Below are positions 49,601-60,592 of a DNA stretch of 64,000 nt, piece by piece. A model generated the notes under the pieces. It searched no databases, was not told where the DNA came from, and worked only from the letters and a program-made list of their open reading frames with translations. The DNA comes from an uncultured Desulfosarcina sp. (lineage in GTDB: Bacteria; Desulfobacterota; Desulfobacteria; Desulfobacterales; Desulfosarcinaceae): NCBI GenBank assembly GCA_963674945.2, contig CAXXWQ010000004.1, positions 2,496,001-2,560,000 on the forward strand, given 5' to 3'. A program made the position numbers and the translations under genes. The first letter of the stretch is position 1, and every line of letters starts with the position of its first letter.

Positions 49601-49633
49601 GTACATCTATTCACAAATATGAAAACGGATTCT

Positions 49634-49780
49634 TTCACCACCGAGGACACAGAGAACACAGAAGTCAGAAGCCAGTATTCAGGAGCCAGAATAGAGTTGA
49701 TGTCGCTTCGCTCCTTCGATTGGATAGTGGAAAGGATGGATCGAGCCGAAGGCGAATACCTTATTCTGGATTCTAACTCT
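49634..49780. repeat. Intergenic repeat, family 2, preceded by short tandem repeats
   Basis: caccgagga-cacagagaa-cacagaag nonamers, agtcaga/agccagt/attcagg/agccaga heptamers, then the unit shared with 13686-13765. Confidence 0.78.
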
Positions 49781-49918
49781 TTGAGTCTTTTAGCAATCTT
49801 GCGGCAGTGCCATTTATCTTTTCACCCAGTCCAGAGAACCAGTTCTTCTGAATTGAATAATACGCCGCAGTGACGAGGTGTGAAGCGTAACGAAGATATC
49901 GGTTTTTTACTGTTGCCG

Positions 49919-50725
49919 TCACTCTTCCGAATGGAAACTGCGGATAATATACCCGCCCGATTTCTCGTCCGGCTCCAGTTCCATGAGGCCGCGGCTCGCC
50001 GCCTCATCCAGAAGGTGCTTGAAAGACCGGAATCCATAATAGGACTCGTTAAATCCCGGCCGTCTGCGCTTGAGGGTCTGTTTCACCATGGAACCCCATA
50101 TCAGGTCTCCCGCCCCCCGCTCTTCGGCAAGAGCTTCCAGTGTCTCCATCACCAGATCCAGGGCGTCCTCTTTGGCGCCTGTTTCGGTCACCGTGCTCTT
50201 GGGCTCCTTTGGCGCGGGTTTGCGAGGCGGTTTCTTGGCCTTTTTCTTCTTTCGGACCAGGTCGTCGTAGTAGATGAACTCGTCGCAGTTGGCGATCAGC
50301 AGATCGGAGCTTGAGTTCTTCACCCCCACGCCGATAACATGTTTGTTGTTTTCCCGGAGCTTGCTGACCAGGGGCGAGAAGTCCGAATCGCCGCTGATCA
50401 CGACGAAGGTGTCTACGTGAGACTTGGTGTAGCAAAGGTCCAGAGCGTCGACAACCATGCGGATGTCCGCGGAATTCTTGCCGGACTGGCGGACGTGGGG
50501 GATCTCGATGAGTTCGAAGGCTGCTTCGTGCATGACCGATTTGAACTCCTTGTACCGTTCCCAGTCACAGTACGCTTTCTTGACCACGATGCTGCCCTTG
50601 AGCAAAAGACGTTCCAAAACCTTGTTGATGTCGAACTGTGCATAATGGGCTTCCCGAACCCCCAGGGCGACATTTTCGAAATCACAAAATACGGCCAGGT
50701 TGGTCGTTTCCAGTGTCTTGCTCAT
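49919..50725 (-). CDS. NYN domain protein (LabA/DUF88) with C-terminal OST-HTH/LOTUS domain
   Basis: AVFCDFEN, GKNSADIRMVVD, SGDSDF and PGFNESYYGFRSF motifs; AAGGAG before ATG 50725. Confidence 0.9.
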   Translation of the reverse strand: MSKTLETTNLAVFCDFENVALGVREAHYAQFDINKVLERLLLKGSIVVKKAYCDWERYKEFKSVMHEAAFELIEIPHVRQSGKNSADIRMVVDALDLCYTKSHVDTFVVISGDSDFSPLVSKLRENNKHVIGVGVKNSSSDLLIANCDEFIYYDDLVRKKKKAKKPPRKPAPKEPKSTVTETGAKEDALDLVMETLEALAEERGAGDLIWGSMVKQTLKRRRPGFNESYYGFRSFKHLLDEAASRGLMELEPDEKSGGYIIRSFHSEE

Positions 50726-50981
50726 ACTCTCCTTTTTTCGGTCGTAGGCGCTTTTTTGGGATATTGATATGAAAACCCTTTGGATCATTACAGGAAATTC
50801 GATGTTTGATCATACCCGGAATTGGCAAAAAAGCAAACCTTTCCTGTTTTGTATTTATCGACAGAAACGCTTTTATCGGGCTTTTACCAAGGTCGGCACG
50901 GATATTATTGACAGCCGCAACGATTCGACCCAAAATATTTCCTGAACCGGGCGTTTCAGAGTTTCAGGCATTTTTCATGCC

Positions 50982-53711
50982 GTGCAGGCCCCGTTTGCAC
51001 AACCACCAGTTGAAAGGACCAAGTTCATGCGTCGGGAAGCTGACGATGCCGTTGCCAGAGCGATTGCACAAGAGAACCGGGAGTGGATCGAGAGCCTCGA
51101 TTATGTCTATGAAAGCCAGGGGGCAAAACGGGTGCTGGAACTTCTGCGACACCTTCAGGTTCGCGCCCAGCAACACGGCATCCATGCCCCTTTTTCCGCC
51201 AACACCCCATACATCAACACCATTTCCGCCCGCCACCAACCCGTCTTCCCCGGCAGCAGGGAGATCGAACGGCGCATCAAAAGCATCATCCGTTGGAATG
51301 CCATGGCCATGGTGGTCCGCGCCAACCGTCATAGTTCCGGGATCGGCGGCCATATCTCCACCTTTGCCTCATGTGCGACCTTGTACGAGGTGGGCTTCAA
51401 TCACTTTTTTCGGGCAAAGAGCACCGGCCACCCCGGAGACATGGTCTTTTTCCAGGGGCATGCGGCACCGGGAATCTATGCCCGCGCCTTTTTGGAAGGG
51501 CGCATCACCGAAACCCAGATGGAAAATTTCCGCCGGGAACTGGCTGCGGGCGGGGGCCTGAGCAGCTATCCCCACCCCTGTCTCATGCCCGAATTCTGGC
51601 AGTTTCCCACCGTTTCCATGGGCCTTTCGCCCATCATGGCCATCTATCAGGCCCGGTTCAACCGCTACATGGAGGATCGTTGGATCAAACCCCCCGATGA
51701 CCGCCGGGTGTGGGCCTTTTTGGGAGACGGCGAAACCGATGAACCGGAGTCCTTAGGGGCAATTACCCTAGCGGCCCGGGAACGGCTGGACAATCTGATT
51801 TTCGTGATCAACTGCAACCTTCAGCGATTGGACGGGCCGGTACGGGGCAACGGCAAAATCATTCAGGAACTGGAAGCGGCCTTTCGCGGTGCCGGCTGGC
51901 ACGTGATCAAAGTGATTTGGGGGGACGACTGGGACCCGCTTTTGGCCCAGGACCACCAGGGATTGTTGGTCAAACGAATGGAGGAAGTGCCCGACGGCCA
52001 ATATCAGATGTATTCGGTGGCCGGCGGGGAATACATCCGCCGGGATTTTTTCGGGAAGACCCCCGAATTGGCCCGCATGGTGGAAGGGTACAGCAACGAG
52101 CAACTCCGGAAATTGCGAAGGGGCGGTCACGATCCGCAAAAGGTCTATGCGGCCTTTCAGGCGGCCGTGGAACATAAGGGATCGCCGACGGTCATCCTGG
52201 CAAAGACCATCAAGGGCTATGGTCTGGGAGAGGCGGGAGAGGGCCGCAACGTCACACACCAGCAGAAGAAACTCAATGAAGAGGAGCTTCGCCATTTCCG
52301 AAGCCGTTTCGGCATCCCCATTCCCGACGATCAGATCCAACAGGCCCCTTTCTATCGACCAGATGAGGATAGCGAAGAGATCCGGTACCTGAAGGCCAGG
52401 CGAAAGGATCTGGGCGGTTATCTGCCGTCCCGCAGCGTCTCCGTTCCCATCTTTCGCCCGCCATCGAAAAGCCTGTACGAAGATTTCCTGAAGGGATCCG
52501 ACGGCCGGGAGGTTGCCACGACCATGGTCATGGTCTCCCTTTTGGGAAAGCTTCTTTCCGACAAGAAACTGGGAAGCAGTATCGTCCCTATCGTTCCCGA
52601 CGAAGCACGAACCTTCGGCATGGAGAGCCTGTTTCGAAAATTCGGTATCTATTCCCATGTTGGCCAGAATTACGAACCGGTGGATCGCAGCAGTCTTCTC
52701 TATTATAAGGAGGCCGTCGACGGCCAGATTCTGGAAGAAGGGATCACCGAATGCGGATCCATGGCCTCGTTCATCGCCGCCGGCACCGCCTATTCCACCT
52801 TCGATATCAACATGGTGCCCTTCTTCTTTTTCTACTCCATGTTCGGATTCCAGCGTATCGGCGACTTGATCTGGGCCGCCGGAGACATCCAGGCAAGGGG
52901 CTTTCTGCTGGGGGCCACATCCGGGCGTACAACACTGGCAGGCGAAGGACTTCAACACCAGGACGGCAACAGCCACATCCTCGCCCTTCCCAATCCTTCG
53001 GTGCTGGCCTATGATCCGGCATTTGCCTTCGAGATCGCCGTCATCGTGCGCGAAGGGCTTCGCCGAATGTTGGAAGTGGGAGAAAACCTGGTCTACTACC
53101 TCACCATCACCAACGAATTTTATGCAATGCCCCCCATGCCCGAAGGCGTGGAAGAGGAAATCGTAAAAGGCATCTACAAATTTTCCCCGTCGGCACTGGA
53201 AAACCCCGCGGCCAAGGCACACCTTTTGGGAAGCGGCGCCATTTTCAACGAATGCATCAAGGCACGAGAAATTTTAGAAAAAGAATATGACATCGCCTGC
53301 GACCTGTGGAGTGTCACCAGCTACAAGAACCTCTACTGGGATGCCCAGGACACCGATCGTACCAATCGGCTCAACCCTGAGATAAAACCCCGACAATCCT
53401 TTTTGCAGCGACAGACCGCCGTTGAATCCGGCGTATTCGTGTTGGCCTGCGACTATATCAAGGCCCTTGCCGAAACCATCGTCCGCCATCTGCCCGGACC
53501 GGTGACCGTGCTGGGCACCGATGGCTATGGACGAAGCGAGACGCGAAGTACCCTTCGGGATTTTTTCGAAGTGGATGCCAGACACATCGCCTTTGCCGCA
53601 TTGTCCGCCCTGGCCAAAGAGGGAACCGTTTCAATGGAGACGGTAACAAAGGCCAGAACCCGGCTGAAGATCGACCCCCATCGCCAAAACCCCTTGTTCT
53701 TGCAGCAATAG
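50982..53711 (+). CDS. aceE: Pyruvate dehydrogenase E1, homodimeric type
   Basis: GGHISTFAS, QFPTVSMGL, GDGETDEPE, NLQRLDGPV and YSMFGFQR motifs. Confidence 0.96.
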   Translation: MQAPFAQPPVERTKFMRREADDAVARAIAQENREWIESLDYVYESQGAKRVLELLRHLQVRAQQHGIHAPFSANTPYINTISARHQPVFPGSREIERRIKSIIRWNAMAMVVRANRHSSGIGGHISTFASCATLYEVGFNHFFRAKSTGHPGDMVFFQGHAAPGIYARAFLEGRITETQMENFRRELAAGGGLSSYPHPCLMPEFWQFPTVSMGLSPIMAIYQARFNRYMEDRWIKPPDDRRVWAFLGDGETDEPESLGAITLAARERLDNLIFVINCNLQRLDGPVRGNGKIIQELEAAFRGAGWHVIKVIWGDDWDPLLAQDHQGLLVKRMEEVPDGQYQMYSVAGGEYIRRDFFGKTPELARMVEGYSNEQLRKLRRGGHDPQKVYAAFQAAVEHKGSPTVILAKTIKGYGLGEAGEGRNVTHQQKKLNEEELRHFRSRFGIPIPDDQIQQAPFYRPDEDSEEIRYLKARRKDLGGYLPSRSVSVPIFRPPSKSLYEDFLKGSDGREVATTMVMVSLLGKLLSDKKLGSSIVPIVPDEARTFGMESLFRKFGIYSHVGQNYEPVDRSSLLYYKEAVDGQILEEGITECGSMASFIAAGTAYSTFDINMVPFFFFYSMFGFQRIGDLIWAAGDIQARGFLLGATSGRTTLAGEGLQHQDGNSHILALPNPSVLAYDPAFAFEIAVIVREGLRRMLEVGENLVYYLTITNEFYAMPPMPEGVEEEIVKGIYKFSPSALENPAAKAHLLGSGAIFNECIKAREILEKEYDIACDLWSVTSYKNLYWDAQDTDRTNRLNPEIKPRQSFLQRQTAVESGVFVLACDYIKALAETIVRHLPGPVTVLGTDGYGRSETRSTLRDFFEVDARHIAFAALSALAKEGTVSMETVTKARTRLKIDPHRQNPLFLQQ

Positions 53712-53721
53712 GAGATATTTC

Positions 53722-55026
53722 ATGATCAGAGAGATCAAAATACCGGAAATCGGAGAGAATGTGAAATCGGGTGTGGTTGTGGCCGTTCATATCAGAGTCG
53801 ACGATACGATTGACGTGGATGATACGATCATCGAGCTGGAGACGGACAAGGCGTTGGTTGAAATCCCATCCCCATTTGCCGGAAAAGTGACGCAGATTCT
53901 GGCAGAAGCGGGCAGTGAGATGAAGGTCGGGGAGGTTATCGCACGGGTGGATCTGGCATCCGAAAATGAATCGACCACCGAAACCGGTAGCGATGAAACG
54001 AAAGCGGAACCGGAAAAAGAGGCCAAGCGGGAAGCACCCCCATCAACATTCAGCGATAACGAGGAGGGGGGAAAGAAAAAAAGTGATCTTTCAACACCGG
54101 ATACAGGATCCGAAACACAAACGCCCCCGGACAATAAACCCGTACCCGCCTCACCCTCCATCCGCAGGCTGGCCAGGGAGTTCGGTGTAAATCTGAACGG
54201 CGTCACCGGCACCGGAAGCGGCGGTCGAATCACCGAAGAGGACGTTCGATCCCATGTGCGGGAACGATTGGAAGCCGAACCCCAAGGAGGCGTTCAAGCG
54301 CCGCCGCTTCCAGATTTCACTCAGTACGGTGACGTGGAAATCATGGAGATGGGGATGGTACGAAGGCTGACGGCCCAGCGTACCGCCACTTCCTGGGAGA
54401 CGATCCCCCATGTCACCCAGTTTGACGAGGCCGACGTCACCGATGTCTTGTCATTCATAGAAAAATATGGGAAACGGGCCGAAAATGCCGGTGCCAAGAT
54501 GACGGTGATGACCATCGTCACCTGTATGTGTACCAGGGCACTCAGGCGGTTTCCGAAATTTAACGCCAGCATCGATACGGCCGGCAACCGCATCATTGTA
54601 AAAAAATACATCCACATCGGCATCGCCGTGGATACCCCCAGAGGATTGCTGGCACCGGTGATCCGGGATGCCGATCAAAAGAGCATTGTCGAACTGGCCG
54701 TCTCCATCGCCGATCTGGCGTGGCGGGCGCGAAGCAAGAAGATCAAACCGGACGAGATGAAAGGCGGTACGTTCAGCATCTCGAATCAGGGCGGCATCGG
54801 CGGCGTAGGATTCACACCCATCGTGTTGTGGCCCCAGGTGGCCACTCTCGGGATGAGTCGCACCGCCGTCAAGCCTGTTTACATGAACGATGGTTTCCAG
54901 CCGCGAACCATTCTTCCCCTGTCCCTCTCATACGACCACCGCATCATCGACGGGGCCGATGCAGCCCGTTTTCTTCGCTGGATCTGTGACGGACTGGAAG
55001 ACCCCATGACCCTCTTCTTGGAGTAA
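53722..55026 (+). CDS. aceF: Dihydrolipoamide acetyltransferase E2 (single lipoyl domain)
   Basis: LETDKA, ASPSIRRLARE and LSYDHRIIDGA motifs. Confidence 0.93.
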   Translation: MIREIKIPEIGENVKSGVVVAVHIRVDDTIDVDDTIIELETDKALVEIPSPFAGKVTQILAEAGSEMKVGEVIARVDLASENESTTETGSDETKAEPEKEAKREAPPSTFSDNEEGGKKKSDLSTPDTGSETQTPPDNKPVPASPSIRRLAREFGVNLNGVTGTGSGGRITEEDVRSHVRERLEAEPQGGVQAPPLPDFTQYGDVEIMEMGMVRRLTAQRTATSWETIPHVTQFDEADVTDVLSFIEKYGKRAENAGAKMTVMTIVTCMCTRALRRFPKFNASIDTAGNRIIVKKYIHIGIAVDTPRGLLAPVIRDADQKSIVELAVSIADLAWRARSKKIKPDEMKGGTFSISNQGGIGGVGFTPIVLWPQVATLGMSRTAVKPVYMNDGFQPRTILPLSLSYDHRIIDGADAARFLRWICDGLEDPMTLFLE

Positions 55027-55028
55027 AA

Positions 55029-56459
55029 ATGACCGAAAACCGAACCCCTTTGGCTGTTATCGGCGCCGGTCCCGGCGGTTACGCGGCGGCATTTCTTGCG
55101 GCCGATATGGGCATGTCCGTCACCCTGATCGATCCGGAAAAGACCCCCGGCGGGGTTTGCCTGCACCGTGGATGCATTCCCTCCAAAGCCCTTCTGCATG
55201 TGGCCCGGCATATTACCGAAACCAAGGAGGCCGGTTCCTGGGGCGTCTTCTACGACAACCCAAAAATCGACCTCGATCTCATGCGAAAATGGAAAGCCAA
55301 CATCGTAATCAGCCTCACCGACGGATTGAAGAGACTGGTCGACCAGCGAAAGATCGATTATGTCAGGGCGAAAGCCGCTTTCCTGGATGAAAAGACCCTT
55401 GCACTCGCGGACGAGGCGGGAAATACCGGCACGCTCACCTTTGAACACGCCATCATTGCGACGGGATCTTCCACTACCAGACTCCCCATCTTCGCCGACG
55501 ACACGGAACGGATCTGGTACTCGAAGCATGCCCTCGATCTGAGAATGATTCCCGATTCACTGCTGGTGGTGGGGGGGGGCTACATCGGCCTCGAGCTGGC
55601 AAGTGTGTATGCGGCATTGGGATCGCGGGTAAGCGTCGTGGAGATGCTTCCCAACCTTCTCTCCGGCGTAGACAGGGATCTGGTTCGATTTTTGTCCAAA
55701 CGCCTGACCGATCGTTTCGACAAAATCCTTGTCAACACGACGGTGGAAAAGGCTGAAATCCGGGAACACGGGGTTAGGATCACCTTTCAGGAAAGGGACA
55801 AAGCGCCCGTTGATCAAACCTTCCAGAGGATTCTCGTGGCTGTGGGCCGCAGTCCCAATACCGCCGAGCTTGGACTTGACAAGGCAAAAGTGATGGTGGA
55901 TAAAGCCGGCTTCATCCATACCGATGATCAATGCCGGACCGCATCACGGCGTATATTTGCCGTTGGTGATGTGGCCGGCCAGCCCATGCTGGCCCACAAG
56001 GCGTCCTATGAGGCACGCATCGCAGTGGAAACCATCGCCGGGAAGAATGTGATCGCCGACCCCGTGGCCATTCCGGCAGTGGTCTTCACCGATCCGGAAA
56101 TCGCCTGGGCCGGCTTCACCGAAAACAAGGCCAAGGAAAAAGGTGTGAGCGCAGAAATCATTCGCTACCCATGGGCGGCTTCGGGGCGTGCCGTTGCAAC
56201 GGGAAAAAGTGATGGGCTCACCAAATTGCTGATCGACCCGAAAACACAGCGGTTGATCGGTGCCGGCATCGTCGGTTCGGGTGCCGGGGAGTTGATCGCC
56301 GAAGCGACTCTGGGCATGGAGATGGGAGCCAATGCCGCGGACCTGGGGTTGACCATTCACCCTCATCCCACCTTGTCTGAGACACTCAAAGAAGCTGCCG
56401 ACGTTTACCACGGAATCGCCACCCATTTTTATCGCCCCAAACGTAAGAAAAAAGAATAG
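55029..56459 (+). CDS. lpdA: Dihydrolipoamide dehydrogenase E3
   Basis: GAGPGGY, GGVCLHRGCIPSK and HPHPTLSE motifs. Confidence 0.96.
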   Translation: MTENRTPLAVIGAGPGGYAAAFLAADMGMSVTLIDPEKTPGGVCLHRGCIPSKALLHVARHITETKEAGSWGVFYDNPKIDLDLMRKWKANIVISLTDGLKRLVDQRKIDYVRAKAAFLDEKTLALADEAGNTGTLTFEHAIIATGSSTTRLPIFADDTERIWYSKHALDLRMIPDSLLVVGGGYIGLELASVYAALGSRVSVVEMLPNLLSGVDRDLVRFLSKRLTDRFDKILVNTTVEKAEIREHGVRITFQERDKAPVDQTFQRILVAVGRSPNTAELGLDKAKVMVDKAGFIHTDDQCRTASRRIFAVGDVAGQPMLAHKASYEARIAVETIAGKNVIADPVAIPAVVFTDPEIAWAGFTENKAKEKGVSAEIIRYPWAASGRAVATGKSDGLTKLLIDPKTQRLIGAGIVGSGAGELIAEATLGMEMGANAADLGLTIHPHPTLSETLKEAADVYHGIATHFYRPKRKKKE

Positions 56460-56641
56460 TTAATGAAAAACGTTCATTATTTGCTTGCTTTTCTATTTCG
56501 AGGTGATATGTTTTGGGGATCATGAAAGCCTGCCGTGGTTGCCAGGCTGTTTTCTTTCCAAAGGCATCACCCATTTGTCAAATGGCGCCTGAAGATGGAA
56601 GCAATGATATTTTTTTTTATTATCCGTAGGAGGAAGTAAGT

Positions 56642-56842
56642 ATGGCAAATGGTATCGTGAAATGGTTTAACGACAGCAAGGGATTTGGATTTATCGAGCA
56701 GGAAGATGGTCCGGATGTATTCGTCCATCATTCCGCAATTAACGCAACGGGTTTCAGATCCCTTAACGAAGGTGACCGCGTCACTTTTGACATCGAACAA
56801 GGCCCCAAAGGACCGGCCGCATCCAACGTGACTGTGGTCTAA
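56642..56842 (+). CDS. Cold-shock protein
   Basis: [13 protein letters not shown] and DVFVHHSAI motifs; AGGAGG RBS. Confidence 0.96.
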   Translation: MANGIVKWFNDSKGFGFIEQEDGPDVFVHHSAINATGFRSLNEGDRVTFDIEQGPKGPAASNVTVV

Positions 56843-56866
56843 AACGTCGTTAATTACGATAACCCG

Positions 56867-56902
56867 AGGGCATTTCGCATCACACGCGAAATGCCCTTTT
56901 TT
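56867..56902 (+). terminator. Rho-independent terminator
   Basis: agggcatttcgc-atcacac-gcgaaatgccct followed by a T tract. Confidence 0.85.
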
Positions 56903-56963
56903 ATCCCGATGACTCCCTGCACCTCTCTTGGATGTGGAAAAATCCCCCAACCTTTTTCAGTTT

Positions 56964-57111
56964 TTGGTGAATTATAGAAAGTCAGATTTCGGACGGCTTC
57001 GTAAAAAGTGTTTCCCTCGTTTTCGTCTATCTGCAAAAAAAGAATAACGAGTTTCTTGCATGCGATTGTTTGGCCATATTTGGCCTGGAAAAGCTTTTCG
57101 CGAAGCCGTCA
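56964..57111. repeat. Family-1 termini in inverted orientation with an unrelated interior
   Basis: aaagtcagatttcggacggcttcgtaaaaagt ... gcttttcgcgaagccgtca; the last three bases form the FHA gene stop. Confidence 0.7.
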
Positions 57112-57606
57112 CTGCTCGAACCAGAAATGAATCGCCTCGGGAAACTTAAAATCAACCTTATACCCCGGCCCGATGACGCCTCTTTCGGTTAGAAGGATCT
57201 CTTTGTTCTTGATGGTAACCCCTTCTTGTTTCTCCATGAGGATATAGGTGCCATTGGAACTCGAATCGGTGAGATAATACATGCCATTTTTAAACTCGAT
57301 GACGGCATGGGTACGTGACACACGGCTGTTGATGACCTGAATGTCATTGCTTTTTTTGCGTCCGATCTCCACTCTGGCATTGGTTTCGTTTACGATGACG
57401 ACCACCTTGCCATATTTGAGTATGAGTCGGGATCTGGGTGATTTCTCTGTTTCCGGGGGAGACAACTCCTCGATGGCCTTGGCCCGTTCGCCGTAAAAAC
57501 GCAGAAAGTCACCACAGTTCTCGCATGCAATCTTCGGCGATGTTCCCTGGATGCGAGACGCATCGATCACATTCTTAAAACCACACTCTTCACAATAAAC
57601 AATCAT
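57109..57606 (-). CDS. Zn-ribbon plus FHA domain protein
   Basis: CEEC/CENC; IGR...VSRTHA...D.SSNGT FHA motif. Confidence 0.88.
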   Translation of the reverse strand: MIVYCEECGFKNVIDASRIQGTSPKIACENCGDFLRFYGERAKAIEELSPPETEKSPRSRLILKYGKVVVIVNETNARVEIGRKKSNDIQVINSRVSRTHAVIEFKNGMYYLTDSSSNGTYILMEKQEGVTIKNKEILLTERGVIGPGYKVDFKFPEAIHFWFEQ

Positions 57607-57726
57607 CGTCTATCATCCATGCTTTTTTATGCAATCACATACGCAGTACCGTTTTGTAGTACCATTTTGGGTTGTTTGGATCAAATCTTAAATATTTAAT
57701 TCCAACAGGAAATTCCCATTCGTTTA

Positions 57727-60297
57727 TTATTCTCCCCCTCCTGATTTCGAACCATCCACCGTCAATTCGGGATGCAATGACTGGGCGATAAGTGCCGCAG
57801 CGTCGGCCTGTTCCTTCGCCTTGACCGCCCGGCGAACCGCTTTTTCCGCCGCCTGGTCCGCCTCTTCGAGGATTTCCATCATCGATTGCCGTTCCTCCAG
57901 GGGAACGGCACCGGAAACACCCTTTTCCTCCAACACCTTAATCCGTTCTTTTTGAATTTCCACGATTTCCTGGGCCTTGTGAACCTCCTTGAGGGCGATC
58001 TGTGCATTCTTCCGTGCGGCTTCCAGATCGTCGGCCACACGGGAAACCAGTGCAGGCAACCCTTCTTCGGGCTCAGCGTCCAGGTCGATATCCTCTGCGG
58101 CCATGACCACGGCCGAAATCGGCAACCGGGGAAGACTTCGTTCGAAGGAGTGTCCGGTGGGGTCCAGGATGCGGTTTTGCCCGATGGTCATGGGCAGAAA
58201 CACGAAGTCCGCATCGGCCGACTGCCCGACGATGGTTTTGGCATCGAAAATTTCGACGATCTGGATGGCGGCATCGATACGAACCCCATCCAAATGCTTT
58301 TTCAGGTTCGCTTCTTCCATTTCGACATCCCCTGCATTCCCTTGTGTCAGCACGCGAAGCGTTGCCCGATCCCATGGGGCGTCTCTGGTCATCAGATACG
58401 CGAGAAGCAGCATGAGGTGACCGGTGGCATTGCCTTGATACCACACATCGATTCGACGGGGGCCATCCGATTGCGAAAGTCGACTCCAGGTTTCCGCATC
58501 CGTATGGAAAAGCACCAGGTTTTTTCCCAGACGGAAAATGAGGTCTAAATTTTTCACGTAGTTGTAGGCACCGATTCCGCGCAGGGCGGATACGGATCCA
58601 CCGAACCAATTCGTTACCACGGTATTGGGGCGCAATGGGCCGAATCCTGAACTTTGAATGAGCGTACCCATGGTCTGGGTGGCGTCTTTGGAACAGATGG
58701 TCAGAGGGAACATGGGATGCCGACCGCGGGCGATATCCGCGGCCAGCTTTCGATGGGCTGAATCCGAATGGATTCTTGCGAGCGGACCATCTCCTTCGAT
58801 TACCTGCACCGCTTCGGCAAAACCGCTGTCTCCCTCGATCCAATCGGCAAATGTCAAAAGTGGCAACCGCCGATCCGAATCCCGGGTGAAGACCAATAAG
58901 TGGGGTCTCCAGTCCCTGGGATGGACGATCTCTTCTCCTGCTGCAAGCAGGTGTTTCCGGACCATCTGCATATGGTAGGACCGACTGGAGTCCGCCCATC
59001 GGGAAGGCCCCGCCGTTCGCTGTAGATACTGATATACGGCGAACAGCAGGGCAACGGCGACCACGCCGCTTTTGGGATCGATGGCCAGCATGGTTCCAGC
59101 GCAGATCAAAAATCCCAGCAGGCTCAACCGCGGGGAAAACCACTTGAACCGGGGTCGAAAAGATGGACTTTGGGTCCTGGCCTCGAAATAGGTGGCGTAA
59201 TTCAAAAGGCCGTAGGAGATCAGAAAGAACATGGAGACCACACTGGCGATCAGATTCAGCTTTCCCAGGGCGATGGTGACGAAGGCGATGCCGGCTGCCA
59301 GCAGAACACCCCGTCTCGGGTTTTTGGTTGGCCCACTGGTCCTGGCAAATGGTGCCAAAATGGAAAACACCTTGTCTGCGGCCAGAGATTGGAGGATTCG
59401 CGGCGCACCCATAAACGACGCCATGGCAGACGAGAGGGTCGCTGCGATCACGCCGGCATCGATGAAAAAACCCACCGCGGAGACCCTTTTCATGGCGCCA
59501 TAATCCGAAGACAAGACGTCATTGGGCGTTGTTGCGGCAAACAGGATCGAAACACCAAAATATACAAAAATCGATACCCCCACTGCCAAAAAGGTCCCCA
59601 CGGGAATACTTCTTCCGGGTTCGGCAAGATCTCCGGACATGCTCACGCCCTGGGTAAAACCGGTGACGGCGGGAAAAAAAATGGCAAAAAGCACCCAAAA
59701 CGGAGCGCCGCTTTCCGGCGCAGCCCAGTTGGCGGCAAGAAGCGCACTGTCCCAATGGCGAATGCCGCCGATGCAAAAGGAGAGAAGGGCAAGGATCAAA
59801 AGGGCCATGACACCGAACTGGAAACGGGTAGCCCAGTCCGCCCCTTTCCAGGCAAAAATCAGGAGAAGAGCGACGGCCCCTGCGGCAATGGCCTGTACCG
59901 CAAAGTGATCCGCCGGGGAAAAGAAGGCGGCCACGGCTTCGGCAAACCCGATGCAGTAGAAGGCAATGGAGACACTCTGGGCCAAAAACAGGACCAAACC
60001 GATGGCCCCGCCAAACGCCACACCGAGGGTTCGGGAAATGAGGTAGTAGTCGCCTCCTCCCTTTACCTTCAGATTGGTTGCCACGGCGGATAAGGAGATA
60101 CTCGTCAGCACACTGATGGCGTTGGCAAGTGCGACGATGACCAATCCGTTTGCCAACCCGGCGCTGCCGACCACATACCCAAGCCGCAGAAACAGGATGA
60201 TCCCCAAAATGGTGAGAACGCTGGGTGTGAAAACGCCGGCAAAGGTACCCAATTTACCGGTTGAAGGGGTGTTGTTGCTGGAAATGGGTTTTTGCAT
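57727..60297 (-). CDS. Amino acid permease / SLC12 (cation-chloride cotransporter)-like protein
   Basis: LGTFAGVFTP, GGGDYYLISRTLG, FFPAVTG, PSFRPRF, WRPHLLV and GPLRPNTV motifs; start probably MQKPISS. Confidence 0.9.
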   Translation of the reverse strand: MQKPISSNNTPSTGKLGTFAGVFTPSVLTILGIILFLRLGYVVGSAGLANGLVIVALANAISVLTSISLSAVATNLKVKGGGDYYLISRTLGVAFGGAIGLVLFLAQSVSIAFYCIGFAEAVAAFFSPADHFAVQAIAAGAVALLLIFAWKGADWATRFQFGVMALLILALLSFCIGGIRHWDSALLAANWAAPESGAPFWVLFAIFFPAVTGFTQGVSMSGDLAEPGRSIPVGTFLAVGVSIFVYFGVSILFAATTPNDVLSSDYGAMKRVSAVGFFIDAGVIAATLSSAMASFMGAPRILQSLAADKVFSILAPFARTSGPTKNPRRGVLLAAGIAFVTIALGKLNLIASVVSMFFLISYGLLNYATYFEARTQSPSFRPRFKWFSPRLSLLGFLICAGTMLAIDPKSGVVAVALLFAVYQYLQRTAGPSRWADSSRSYHMQMVRKHLLAAGEEIVHPRDWRPHLLVFTRDSDRRLPLLTFADWIEGDSGFAEAVQVIEGDGPLARIHSDSAHRKLAADIARGRHPMFPLTICSKDATQTMGTLIQSSGFGPLRPNTVVTNWFGGSVSALRGIGAYNYVKNLDLIFRLGKNLVLFHTDAETWSRLSQSDGPRRIDVWYQGNATGHLMLLLAYLMTRDAPWDRATLRVLTQGNAGDVEMEEANLKKHLDGVRIDAAIQIVEIFDAKTIVGQSADADFVFLPMTIGQNRILDPTGHSFERSLPRLPISAVVMAAEDIDLDAEPEEGLPALVSRVADDLEAARKNAQIALKEVHKAQEIVEIQKERIKVLEEKGVSGAVPLEERQSMMEILEEADQAAEKAVRRAVKAKEQADAAALIAQSLHPELTVDGSKSGGGE

Positions 60298-60592
60298 TAT
60301 CGATTTTGATCCGTTGTTTGGCAAAGTATGCCGCACCAAATGGCTCACAATGGTCTGAAAAGGAGGTGGGGAAATTACCAACCCCCTGGTATCATAAGTT
60401 TGTTTGGCAATTCGGTCAATTGGAATATCCGCCACTCACATGGACGGGAGATGAATACGGCCCGCTACCCCGGTTTTTTGACGGCCGTGAAGATGGTTTA
60501 AGTTTTTTACAAGATGGCCGAAAAAAAGTCTGGAAGTCACTTTTTCATGCGGCGGGACAAAGAGACGCCGAAGCGATGCAATACCATAAAAT

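Noticed and set aside
51768..53222. Long antisense ORFs (484 aa here; also 2223-3260, 5650-6834, 10738-11841, 18095-19291, 20545-21762, 24925-26061)
   Set aside because: Antisense shadows of well-supported genes, expected from GC-rich codon bias.
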